Positions 29,432 to 38,518 of a DNA stretch of 64,000 nt are shown one piece after another. Position numbers and translations under genes: made by a program. Under the pieces are notes generated by a model. That model was not told the origin of the DNA, ran no database searches, and saw only the letters and a list, made by a program, of their open reading frames with translations. The stretch's first letter is position 1. Every line of letters begins with the position of its first letter. This DNA comes from Candidatus Babeliales bacterium (GTDB taxonomy: Bacteria; Babelota; Babeliae; Babelales; JACPOV01), in assembly GCA_050250855.1 (NCBI GenBank), contig JBFWNW010000001.1, positions 1 through 64,000 of the forward strand, given 5' to 3'.

Positions 29432-31876
29432 ATGAATTATAACGTTCAAGCAGTTGAAAAAAAATGGCAGAAGCAGTGGCAAGAAAATCCAATAGGTCAA
29501 ACAAAACCTACCGGTCATGGGACTAAATATTATTGTCTTGATATGTTTCCTTATCCGTCTGGTTCTGGTTTACATGTAGGCCATTGGCGCGGGTACGTGC
29601 TTTCTGATATTTATGCCCGCATTAAATGGTTGCAAGGTTATAATGTTTTGCATCCTATGGGTTGGGATGCTTTTGGGTTACCTGCTGAAAATGATGCTAT
29701 TAAAAAAGGTATGCACCCTCAAGTCAATACTGATGCAAATATTGCAAATTTTAAACGACAACTAGAGCAAACTGGTTGTATGTATGATTGGTCTAAAGAA
29801 GTTAATACAACCGATCCTGATTTTTATAAATGGACGCAATGGATTTTTATTCAAATGTTTAAAGCGGGGCTTGCTTATCAGGAAGAGGTTGCTATTAATT
29901 GGTGCCCTTCATGCTTGACGGGCCTTGCAAATGAAGAGGTTGTTAACGGTTCTTGCGAGCGTTGTGGCGCACCAGTAGAGCAAAGAAATATTCGCCAATG
30001 GATTTTACGTATCACTAACTACGCACAAAAATTACTTGATGGCCTAGATACCCTTGAATGGCCAGAAAAAGTTAAAATGATGCAGCGCCATTGGATTGGC
30101 AGAAGTGAAGGCGCGCGCATTAACTTCACCGCGTGCAGCACAAAAGGGAACGATGTAACGCTTCCTGTATTTACCACGCGAGCAGATACGTTATACGGTG
30201 TTACCTTTTTGGCTATGGCGCCGGATCATCATCTTGCTGATAGCATTGTTCTTCCTGAGCATGTGCATGAGGTGCAAGAGTATAGAAAAATTACTGATCA
30301 CCTTTCGCCTTTTGAGCGTACGTTGCAAAAAGAAAAAACGGGTGTTTTTACCGGATCATTTGCCGTAAATCCCATTAATAATGAGCGTTTGCCTATCTAC
30401 CTTACCAATTATGTTCTTAAAGATTATGGCACCGGTATTGTTATGGGAGTGCCGGCACATTGTGAGCGTGATTTTGATTTTGCAAAAAAGTACAATATTC
30501 CTTTAAAACAAGTTATTTCTTCACCTCTGATTGAGTATGATGATGAAGGAAATCTAATCCGCGGCTATGAAGGTGATGGCACGTTAATCAACAGTGGACA
30601 GTTTAATGGCCTTGATGCTTTCAAGCAGGGAATTGCGGCCATTACCAACTTTTTAGTTGATAAAGGTTTGGCAGAGCGCACGATAACCTATAAATTACGC
30701 GATTGGATTTTTTCTCGTCAACGCTATTGGGGAGAGCCGATTCCTGTTGTGCATTGTCAAAAATGCGGCGTAGTGGCGGTGCCAGAAAATCAATTGCCCA
30801 TTCGTTTGCCCGATGTTGATCGCTATCAACCAACGGGTACCGGAGAATCGCCACTTGCAGCTCTTACTGATTGGGTTAATACGACCTGTCCTGAATGTGG
30901 CGGCCCTGCAAAACGTGAAACAAATACGATGCCGCAATGGGCTGGTTCATGTTGGTATTTTTTGCGCTATCCAAATCCAACCCTCAAAGATAAACCATTT
31001 TCTCAAGAAGATATAAACTATTGGTTGCCCGTTGATTTGTATGTTGGCGGTATTGAGCATGCAATTTTGCATTTATTGTACGCGCGCTTTTGGATAAAAG
31101 TGCTGCATGATCTTGGTTATTTACCATTTAATGAACCGTTTACGCATCTATTTAACCAGGGCATGATTACTAAGTATTCTGAAAAAACTGGCTTTGTTGA
31201 AAAGATGTCAAAATCAAAAGGTAATGTTGTTAATCCTGACGATATTATTACCTGGTATGGTTCAGATGCTTTGCGTATGTACATGCTTTTCATGGGACCA
31301 CCAGAGCTTGATGCTGAATGGCAAGATAGCGGCCTTGAAGGGATTAAAAGATTTTTAAATCGTTTATGGAATTATCTACAAGACCCAGAGCATAGAGTGC
31401 AAGAAGGACATCAAGATGTTGCGGTAACCAAACGTTTTCATCGCTTTTTGAAAGAATACCAAGAGCGTATTGATCATTTTAAACCGAATACAGCAGTTTC
31501 TGCTGCTATGGAATTTTTAAATGAGCTCTATGAAAAGCAGATGAAATTGGCACCATCTACCCTTGAACAGTTTATTGTAGCTCTTTCTATTATGATTCCT
31601 TTTATGGCTTCTGAGCTCTTAGAAACATTGTGTAATAAAACATTGCAAGAATGCACATGGCCAACCGTTGATGAAAAAATGGCACAAGTTGATGAGCTTG
31701 AAATGGTTGTACAAGTAAACGGTAAATTGCGAGCACATTTTATGTGTGCACCAGGCACAGGACAAGGCATTATACAAAAAGAAGCTGAAAAACTTATTGC
31801 ACCATGGTTGGAAGGAAAAAATATAGTAAAAGTTATTTTTGTACCAGATCGCTTGATTAATTTTGTAGTTAAGTGA
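29432..31876 (+). CDS. leuS: Leucine--tRNA ligase
   Basis: MFPYPSG, HVGH (HIGH), GWDAFGLPAEN, SRQRYWGEPIP, KMSKS; ATG 29432 has a gagggg RBS (ORF track start 29414). Confidence 0.97.
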   Translation: MNYNVQAVEKKWQKQWQENPIGQTKPTGHGTKYYCLDMFPYPSGSGLHVGHWRGYVLSDIYARIKWLQGYNVLHPMGWDAFGLPAENDAIKKGMHPQVNTDANIANFKRQLEQTGCMYDWSKEVNTTDPDFYKWTQWIFIQMFKAGLAYQEEVAINWCPSCLTGLANEEVVNGSCERCGAPVEQRNIRQWILRITNYAQKLLDGLDTLEWPEKVKMMQRHWIGRSEGARINFTACSTKGNDVTLPVFTTRADTLYGVTFLAMAPDHHLADSIVLPEHVHEVQEYRKITDHLSPFERTLQKEKTGVFTGSFAVNPINNERLPIYLTNYVLKDYGTGIVMGVPAHCERDFDFAKKYNIPLKQVISSPLIEYDDEGNLIRGYEGDGTLINSGQFNGLDAFKQGIAAITNFLVDKGLAERTITYKLRDWIFSRQRYWGEPIPVVHCQKCGVVAVPENQLPIRLPDVDRYQPTGTGESPLAALTDWVNTTCPECGGPAKRETNTMPQWAGSCWYFLRYPNPTLKDKPFSQEDINYWLPVDLYVGGIEHAILHLLYARFWIKVLHDLGYLPFNEPFTHLFNQGMITKYSEKTGFVEKMSKSKGNVVNPDDIITWYGSDALRMYMLFMGPPELDAEWQDSGLEGIKRFLNRLWNYLQDPEHRVQEGHQDVAVTKRFHRFLKEYQERIDHFKPNTAVSAAMEFLNELYEKQMKLAPSTLEQFIVALSIMIPFMASELLETLCNKTLQECTWPTVDEKMAQVDELEMVVQVNGKLRAHFMCAPGTGQGIIQKEAEKLIAPWLEGKNIVKVIFVPDRLINFVVK

Positions 31877-31899
31877 ATGTGAGAATAATTTTTAGTATT

Positions 31900-32035
31900 G
31901 TTCGCACCCTTCGACGGGCTCAGGGCGAACGGGAATGAGATCTGAGTGCAGCGTTTATTTTTGTGTCCCGACGTAGTATTTGTGCAAAGTCTGAGAGAGG
32001 CCGTTCGTGCTGAGCGTGTCGAAGCATTCGAACGG
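31900..32035. repeat. REP-like inverted doublet with a second palindromic module in its spacer
   Basis: cccttcgacgggctcagggcgaacgg ... tgtgtcccgacgtagtatttgtgcaaagtctgag ... ccgttcgtgctgagcgtgtcgaagcattcgaacgg. Confidence 0.85.
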
Positions 32036-32065
32036 CAAATTAAGGTAATAAAAAAAGGGAGCTCT

Positions 32066-32725
32066 ATGAAACTATTTTTAGATACGGCGGATTATAAACT
32101 TCTTGAGGAATGGGCATCAAAAGGAATTATTGATGGCGTAACAACCAACCCAACGCATCTTGCAAAGGAGGGTGGTGATCCTAAAAAGGTGGTTCAAAAC
32201 ATAGCAGAACTATTTCCTCAAGGATCTATTAGTGTTGAAGTGACAGAAGTTGAAGCGCAAAAAGTTTATGAACAAGCGCGCAAGATTGCTGATTTGGCAG
32301 AAAATATTGTTGTTAAAGTGCCGTGCTATCCAGATTATTATCCAGTGATACAAAAATTAGTACGAGAAAATATTCCTCTTAATATTACGCTTGTTTTTAC
32401 GCTGACTCAAAGTTTGTGTATGTGCAAATTGGGCGTGCGCTATATTTCTCCTTTCATTGGTCGCTTAGATGATATTGATACGTCTGGCATTGATCTTATT
32501 TTGCAAATTCGCGCTATGATTGATGAATACGGTTATGATACTCAATTACTTGCCGCATCAATTAGAAGTGTAAATCATTTGCATGCAGTAATTCAGGCAG
32601 GTGCAGATGTGGCAACGGTTCCGGTTGAGGTATTACATAAAGCTTTGCACCATCCACTTACCAAACAAGGTATGGATAAATTTTTAGCAGATTGGAAGAA
32701 GCTCGGTATTACGCAGTTTCCTTAA
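32066..32725 (+). CDS. tal: Transaldolase (short TalC/FSA family; Glu in SVEV and Phe in SPF indicate transaldolase type)
   Basis: MKLFLDTAD, GVTTNP, VVKVP (Schiff-base Lys), NITLVF, YISPFIGRLDD, LAASIR. Start moved from 31946, which lies in the repeat, to ATG 32066 with an aaggga RBS. Confidence 0.88.
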   Translation: MKLFLDTADYKLLEEWASKGIIDGVTTNPTHLAKEGGDPKKVVQNIAELFPQGSISVEVTEVEAQKVYEQARKIADLAENIVVKVPCYPDYYPVIQKLVRENIPLNITLVFTLTQSLCMCKLGVRYISPFIGRLDDIDTSGIDLILQIRAMIDEYGYDTQLLAASIRSVNHLHAVIQAGADVATVPVEVLHKALHHPLTKQGMDKFLADWKKLGITQFP

Positions 32726-32731
32726 AAATGT

Positions 32732-33868
32732 ATGACCAAAAAAATTACGGTATTGCATGTTACGAACAATTACTATCCTTATCGCTCGGGAGTTGCACGT
32801 TCTCTTGATAGTATACATAATGCGGTAAAAAATTTAGGTCATAGTTCATATTTGGTAACACTTGATTTTAAAAAAACAGAAGAAGATCAAGAAGGAGTGC
32901 ATCGCCTTTTTTGCCCTTTTAAATTTTCTTATAAGCAAAAACCGATGGCAATTCCCTTGCGGCCATTTAAAGAACTTTCTGCGCTTATAAAAGCATTGAA
33001 GCCATCAATTATTCATGTGCATCATCCCTTTTTTTTAGGAAAAATTGCTCTTGATCTTGGCAAGCGGTATAAAATTCCGGTTGTTTTTACGTATCATACG
33101 CAGTATGAACAGTATGTTCATTACATTCCGTTACCAGAAAAGGTGACGCAGGTGGTGGTAAAAAAATTAGTTGAAGATTTTTGTAATGATGTTGATGCTC
33201 TTATAGCACCGTCAAAAACAATAGCTGATGAATTATCTACAAAGCATAATCATAAAACTATTCAAGTTATTCCAAGTGGTATAGATAGCTCTTTTTACCA
33301 GAACATACTAAAAACTAAGGTACAAAAAACAGTGCGGCTCCTTACGGTAAGTCGTTTTGCGCCAGAAAAAAATATAGAATTTTTGCTGCGCGTTGCACGC
33401 TTAATGCATAATGAACCTATAACATTTCATATTGTTGGGTATGGGCCGCATGAACAGAAATTGTTTTCCTATGCTTATACACAGTTGGGACTATCTACTC
33501 AAAAGGTGCGGTTCATTGTTAAGCCTTCCACGCAAGATTTAGTGCAAGAATATCAGCAAGCGGATCTTTTTTTGTTTGCCTCAACTACCGAAACGCAAGG
33601 GATTGTTCTTGCAGAGGCAATGGCAGCAGGATTGCCAGTTATAGCGCTTGATGCAGCAGGTTCAAGGGACATTATAAAGCATGGTAGTAATGGATTTTTA
33701 ATCAAGACAGAGCAAGAGATGGTAGATTCTATTAAAGCTTTTATAGATGATAATAATTTGTATGCAGCATGTTCACAAGAATCTTTGGCAACAGCGCAAC
33801 AGTATACGCCTGAAATAATAGGCAAGAATATGCTTAATTTTTATTATGAACTGCTCAAAAGTCGATAA
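32732..33868 (+). CDS. Glycosyltransferase family 4 (GT-B; resembles diacylglycerol glucosyltransferases)
   Basis: YYPYRSGV, IHVHHPF, TYHT, VSRFAPEKN, ETQGIVLAEAMAAGLPV (EX7E motif). Confidence 0.88.
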   Translation: MTKKITVLHVTNNYYPYRSGVARSLDSIHNAVKNLGHSSYLVTLDFKKTEEDQEGVHRLFCPFKFSYKQKPMAIPLRPFKELSALIKALKPSIIHVHHPFFLGKIALDLGKRYKIPVVFTYHTQYEQYVHYIPLPEKVTQVVVKKLVEDFCNDVDALIAPSKTIADELSTKHNHKTIQVIPSGIDSSFYQNILKTKVQKTVRLLTVSRFAPEKNIEFLLRVARLMHNEPITFHIVGYGPHEQKLFSYAYTQLGLSTQKVRFIVKPSTQDLVQEYQQADLFLFASTTETQGIVLAEAMAAGLPVIALDAAGSRDIIKHGSNGFLIKTEQEMVDSIKAFIDDNNLYAACSQESLATAQQYTPEIIGKNMLNFYYELLKSR

Positions 33869-33988
33869 TTCTATATTTTTCAGGTTTAAATATGGTACGG
33901 TAAAAAAGTAGGTCATTGCATTCTTTTTATTGTTGCGTTAGTATGCAAGAAAAGAATGTTTTTTTATTCTAAAAAGAGGAGTGGTCGT

Positions 33989-34645
33989 ATGTATAAAAAA
34001 CTTTTTTCTTTAGCGTCTTGTGCATTTTTGGTTTCAGCAATCTCTGCACAACCAGATAAAGAGTTTGATGCTATAGATATTGCTATAAAATTGCAAAAAG
34101 ATTGTTCAGAATCTGGCGATACCGTTTCATGGCAAGCGTTAAAACAAGAAGTTGTTTTGATGGCTCGTTCTTGCCAACAATGCACCGATATGACTATTGA
34201 TCGCATGGCTCCTGACGTATGCGCTTGTTTAAAACGCATGATAGAAATCCTCAAGCAAGATCCATCTATTTCTGGTGGTGTTACGGTAACAGTGTATGAT
34301 TCTATGAGCAAAGGGTGCCAAGGTTTTATTCGTCGTCCAAAACAAATGGATCAAGATGTTGAATCATTAGAAATGATGGTTCATATTGAGCGAGATACCA
34401 TGAATGCTCCATCAACGCTTTTGAGTCGTGTATGGGATGATGTTGTCAGAGGCGCTATGATGGTTGCCAAAGAGTGCCAAGAATGCACTGATGGTACTAT
34501 GCATCAGACAGTAGATAAAATTTGTATGTGTATTAAAGATGCTCTTGATATCATTAAGCTTGATCCTGAAACAAAGGGTGGTTTGCGCATGGTAGTGCAT
34601 GATAGTAATCACAGAGGATATCAGGGCTATGTTGCTCGCATGTAA
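33989..34645 (+). CDS. Exported Cys/Met-rich hypothetical protein with an internal domain duplication
   Basis: aagagg RBS, signal peptide; two ~90-aa units W...C.[QE]CTD.T......C.C.K......K.DP...GG....V.DS...G.QG[FY]. Confidence 0.7.
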   Translation: MYKKLFSLASCAFLVSAISAQPDKEFDAIDIAIKLQKDCSESGDTVSWQALKQEVVLMARSCQQCTDMTIDRMAPDVCACLKRMIEILKQDPSISGGVTVTVYDSMSKGCQGFIRRPKQMDQDVESLEMMVHIERDTMNAPSTLLSRVWDDVVRGAMMVAKECQECTDGTMHQTVDKICMCIKDALDIIKLDPETKGGLRMVVHDSNHRGYQGYVARM

Positions 34646-34666
34646 GAAGCTCTCTTTTGTTTTGAT

Positions 34667-34695
34667 TTGACCTGAAAGCATAATACCCTTATGAT
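34667..34695 (+). promoter_or_regulatory. Putative sigma70 promoter
   Basis: TTGACC-17 bp-TATGAT upstream of ATG 34743. Confidence 0.5.
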
Positions 34696-34742
34696 GAGTG
34701 CAGGAAAAAAAAGGTATTCTTTATAACCAAAAAAGGGTTTTT

Positions 34743-35126
34743 ATGTACAAAAAATTTGCATTAGCATCGTTAGCTGTTGTATCAACATTGTGTGCTTCAG
34801 AAACAACTATGAATGATATTTCTGTTGATCAGTTAGCACAAGAGGTAAGAACAGTTACTCTTGCTTCTTGTATTGTTAATACGGGAGAAAGCAATAGTCA
34901 AGCATGGCATGCTATCATACAAGAAATTCATGATGTGCTGACAAAAATAAGTGCCTATTCCCCTGAAGACATAGAGGCAGCTATTGATGATCTTATTGCT
35001 TGCGCAAGAAGAATCATTGTTCTAAAAAGAGAGTGCCCAGAGATTCAAGCGCTTCTTAATGTTTTCTTTTCACCTGAAATGATGACGCTGCAACAAGAAG
35101 GTCAACCAGAAGCTCAGGAAGCATAA
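34743..35126 (+). CDS. Small exported hypothetical protein, possible single-domain relative of the upstream gene
   Basis: MYKKFALASLAVVSTLCA signal peptide like the upstream MYKKLFSLAS; similar spacing of W..., C..R.I...K..P.I. Confidence 0.65.
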   Translation: MYKKFALASLAVVSTLCASETTMNDISVDQLAQEVRTVTLASCIVNTGESNSQAWHAIIQEIHDVLTKISAYSPEDIEAAIDDLIACARRIIVLKRECPEIQALLNVFFSPEMMTLQQEGQPEAQEA

Positions 35127-35150
35127 TTTTTTTAGGTTGAACTATTTATT

Positions 35151-35200
35151 AACCTTCGTTTAAAGTCAGTTTCCCTGGCTGCAAACGAAGGTTTTTTCTT
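35151..35200 (+). terminator. Intrinsic terminator
   Basis: aaccttcgttt...aaacgaaggtt followed by ttttctt. Confidence 0.65.
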
Positions 35201-35249
35201 TATAGGGGTTATTTTCAAAGTGCAATAAATGTGCTATGCTAGAAGCACT

Positions 35250-37205
35250 ATGAAAACATTTACCTTAAAAGCACCTTACGGGCCATCAGGAAGCCAGCCA
35301 GAAGCCATAAAAAAGCTTCTTAAAAGCCGTCCTGGTAAATCTACGCTGTTAGGAGTAACGGGGTCAGGGAAAACTTATACCATGGCCAACGTTATAGCCA
35401 ACCAGAATAAACCTGTTTTAGTGCTTGCACCTAACAAGACATTAGCGGCACAGCTTTATGAAGAGCTTTCCCTGTTTTTTCCAGAAAACAAGGTTTGCTA
35501 TTTTGTAAGCTATTATGACTATTACCAACCGGAATCATATTTGCCGGCTCAGGATGTTTATATTCCTAAAGAAACTAAGGTAAATAGTGAAATTGAGCGT
35601 TTGCGTATTGAAGCAACCGCTTCCTTAATTAATAGAAATGATACTATTGTTGTAGCATCCGTTTCTAGTATTTACTCTTTGGGTAACCCTGAAGATTACC
35701 GAACGTTAAGTTTATCTTTAAAAGTTGGTCAACATATTAAACGTTCAGATCTGATTCGTCAGCTTCTTTTTATTCAGTATGAACGTAATGACATTACTAA
35801 AAAATCAGGTACGTTCCAGGTTCTTGGTAATACCTTAGAAGTTATGCTTCCTTACCAAAAAGATAAGCTTCGTATTGAACTTTTTGGTGACATGATCGAT
35901 GGCATGAGTTGGGTTGATAAAATGAACAATTCAGTGACCATGAAACTTGATAATACTCTTATTCTTCCTGCAAAGCATTTTGTTACAACACAAGCAAAAA
36001 AAGATGCAGCTATTGCAAGTATTCAAGCTGAGCTTGAAGAATGGGTGCCGCAGGTAGAAAATCCTTTATACCGGGAGCGCATCAAACAGCGCGTTTCGCA
36101 TGATCTTGAAATGCTTGCGCAAATGGGCTACTGTTCTGGGATTGAAAACTATTCTATTCATTTTGATGGTAGAGAAACGGGCCAAGCGCCAAAATGTTTA
36201 TTCGATTTTTTTCCTGAAGATTTTTTAATGATTATTGATGAATCTCATATTGCCATTCCACAGTTACGCGGCATGTTCCATGGTGATCGCGTACGTAAAA
36301 ATTCACTTATTGAATACGGTTTTCGTTTGCCTTCAGCACGTGATAATAGACCGTTAAAATTTGATAAAATTGAACGTTATTTTAACGATGTTATTTTTGT
36401 TTCTGCAACTCCAGGAGAGTATGAATTAAAAAATGCAGATAACGTTGTAGAACAGATTATTCGTCCAACGGGATTGTTAGATCCTGAAGTTGAAATTCAT
36501 CCTCGCCAAGAGCAGATGAAACATTTAATTGAACAAATACGCGAAACCAAAAGGCGTGGTTTCCGTTCATTAGTTATGGTAATGACCAAAAAGCTTGCAG
36601 AGCAACTAGCAACCTATTTAGAAGAACAGCAAATCAAAGTTTGTTATTTACATAGTGAACTGAAAACACCAAAACGAACTGAGCTTTTGCAAAAATTACG
36701 TTTGGGAGTTTTTGATTGTTTAGTTGGGGTGAACTTATTGCGTGAAGGTATTGACCTTCCTGAAGTTGCTTTGGTTTCTATAATGGATGCAGATGTAGAA
36801 AGCTTTTTACGTGATGAACGTTCACTAATCCAGATTATGGGCCGTGCTGCGCGTAATACGGAATCAAAAGTTTTTTTATATGCAGATAAAATAACAAAAT
36901 CAATGAAAGCTGCTATGCATGAAACGCAACGTCGTCGTGCTTTACAGCAAGCATATAATGAAGAACATGGCATAACGCCGCAAACCGTTAAGCGTGAGGT
37001 TGGTAAAACAATAGCCAATATTCAAGCTGCTATTGCTATGGCTTCTGCGTCAAAACGAAAAAATACTCAAAAAATTATTCATAAAGAACTGCAACGAGAA
37101 ATTCTTGAGCTTGAAGCGCATATGCATGAAGCTGCTGAAAATCTTGATTTTGAAAAAGCAATTGCCTTGCGCGAGCAGTGGTATGAGCTCAAAAAGCAAC
37201 TTTAA
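35250..37205 (+). CDS. uvrB: Excinuclease ABC subunit B
   Basis: GVTGSGKT, FVSYYDYYQPE, DESH, GFRLPSARDNRPL, GRAARN, C-terminal UVR domain (AAENLDFEKA). Confidence 0.97.
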   Translation: MKTFTLKAPYGPSGSQPEAIKKLLKSRPGKSTLLGVTGSGKTYTMANVIANQNKPVLVLAPNKTLAAQLYEELSLFFPENKVCYFVSYYDYYQPESYLPAQDVYIPKETKVNSEIERLRIEATASLINRNDTIVVASVSSIYSLGNPEDYRTLSLSLKVGQHIKRSDLIRQLLFIQYERNDITKKSGTFQVLGNTLEVMLPYQKDKLRIELFGDMIDGMSWVDKMNNSVTMKLDNTLILPAKHFVTTQAKKDAAIASIQAELEEWVPQVENPLYRERIKQRVSHDLEMLAQMGYCSGIENYSIHFDGRETGQAPKCLFDFFPEDFLMIIDESHIAIPQLRGMFHGDRVRKNSLIEYGFRLPSARDNRPLKFDKIERYFNDVIFVSATPGEYELKNADNVVEQIIRPTGLLDPEVEIHPRQEQMKHLIEQIRETKRRGFRSLVMVMTKKLAEQLATYLEEQQIKVCYLHSELKTPKRTELLQKLRLGVFDCLVGVNLLREGIDLPEVALVSIMDADVESFLRDERSLIQIMGRAARNTESKVFLYADKITKSMKAAMHETQRRRALQQAYNEEHGITPQTVKREVGKTIANIQAAIAMASASKRKNTQKIIHKELQREILELEAHMHEAAENLDFEKAIALREQWYELKKQL

Positions 37206-37283
37206 TTAATTAACGTGAATTTGATCTAAGGACTTTTAATAAAAAGACGAATCAATTTATTTTTTTAAGAATTATTTTAAATC

Positions 37284-37435
37284 CCGTTCGTGGTGAGGAG
37301 CCTAGCGTTTACTTCTGCGTGCCCAACGCAGCATTTGTGCGAAGTCTTGGAGTTCGACCGAAGGGTCAGCACGAACGGCTTTAATATAACTATTTTTTTA
37401 TTCCGTTCGCCCTGAGCTCGTCGAAGGGTGCGAAC
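37284..37435. repeat. REP-like cluster with nested module
   Basis: ccgttcgtggtga ... gcccaacgcagcatttgtgcgaagtcttgg ... tcagcacgaacgg-spacer-ccgttcgccctgagctcgtcgaagggtgcgaac; spacer shared with 59421-59503. Confidence 0.85.
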
Positions 37436-37477
37436 GCAAAATATGATTTTTTCGAATTTTCGAATTATAGATAAACT

Positions 37478-37828
37478 TTAATTTTTTGTTAAGAAATTTT
37501 TATCAATATAGATTGGTGTTTCTTTTTCTTTTACTCTGCATATGCAAATAGGTGTATCAGTTACTTTTTCAGGTAGGATGGTGCGAGGATTTTTGCATGT
37601 TTCGAATTTTTCTACAAATTCTTTTAGTTCAGACTCAGAGCAACCCTCAATTCTTTTACCAATAATATCGCCTATTTCCTTGATACCAGTTATAGCATAG
37701 TCGGAAGGAATGAATTCTATTACTAGGCTTACGACATTATTTTTATACGGGCCATCGGTAACATTATAAGTATCCTGAGCTGCGATGTTAAAAATAAATA
37801 TGAATGCAGATCCCATTTTTTTTATCAT
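37478..37828 (-). CDS. Small hypothetical protein, paralog of 37976..38434
   Basis: Start moved to ATG 37828 (aagga RBS) because the ORF-track extension runs into the repeat; shares TY..T.GPYK and LP....D.P.C.C..K with its neighbour. Confidence 0.65.
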   Translation of the reverse strand: MIKKMGSAFIFIFNIAAQDTYNVTDGPYKNNVVSLVIEFIPSDYAITGIKEIGDIIGKRIEGCSESELKEFVEKFETCKNPRTILPEKVTDTPICICRVKEKETPIYIDKNFLTKN

Positions 37829-37862
37829 TGAAATCCTTAGACTAATTTGAAAATTTACATTC

Positions 37863-37964
37863 CCGTTCGTGCTGACCCCCTCGTCAGCTTGCAGCTGCTC
37901 GGGACTAAAGGCCATTTAGCTTGCCTGCCCTGAGCCTGTCGAATGGGTCGAAGCATTCGAACGG
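37863..37964 (-). repeat. Inverted copy of the composite left arm found at 20415-20516
   Basis: Its reverse complement matches cgttcgaatgcttcgac-ccattcgac..ctcagggcaggc..aatggcctttagtcccgagcagctg..agctgacgagggg-tcagcacgaacgg with a few differences. Confidence 0.88.
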
Positions 37965-37975
37965 TAATTAAAAAT

Positions 37976-38434
37976 TTAATTAACTTTTTCTAAATTCTCA
38001 TTACCAATAACTATTATTTCATTGCTATCTTTATCTTTGCATACGCAAACAGGAATATCTTTAATATGTTGGGGTAATACGTTTACTACCGCACTATATA
38101 ACATTTTTCTTTTTTCATCTTGTTCTTCTTTTTTATCGACAAATTGTTTTTTCTCTAGTTCTTGCTCTATTGTTTCTTGAGATTTTATCTTGAGGAAAAA
38201 TTCTTTTTTTTCTTCTGGTGTTAGCTTAGCAACACGTTCAAGTATAATGTTTCTGACATGATCTTGATTCGTTTCAGTTTCAGGTAGCTTTGGTCGATTT
38301 GCATCAAAAGGTTTGAATGTTTGTTGTACGGTTACCGTACAATCTTTATAAGGACCCGCAGTAATTTTATAGGTTTCTTGGCAGCACTGTATTGATTGGC
38401 TTGCTATCAAAGCGAAAACTATTATTTTTTTCAT
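37976..38434 (-). CDS. Small exported hypothetical protein with KOW-like GPYK motif
   Basis: MKKIIVFALIA signal-like N-terminus, aagggg RBS; paralog of the adjacent gene. Confidence 0.7.
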   Translation of the reverse strand: MKKIIVFALIASQSIQCCQETYKITAGPYKDCTVTVQQTFKPFDANRPKLPETETNQDHVRNIILERVAKLTPEEKKEFFLKIKSQETIEQELEKKQFVDKKEEQDEKRKMLYSAVVNVLPQHIKDIPVCVCKDKDSNEIIVIGNENLEKVN

Positions 38435-38518
38435 TTCACATCCCCTTTATTTTTGGTACCTTAATCTTATATATTTTTTTTTGAGGGAATCAAGAGTTTT
38501 ACAACAAAAAGGGAAACT

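Noticed and set aside
31946..32065. 40-aa N-terminal extension on transaldolase
   Set aside because: It runs through the REP-like element; ATG 32066 has an RBS and the canonical MKLFLDTA start.
37829..37915. N-terminal extension MAFSPEQLQADEGVSTNG of ORF 37478..37915
   Set aside because: Derived from the inverted composite repeat; the paralog alignment and RBS support ATG 37828.
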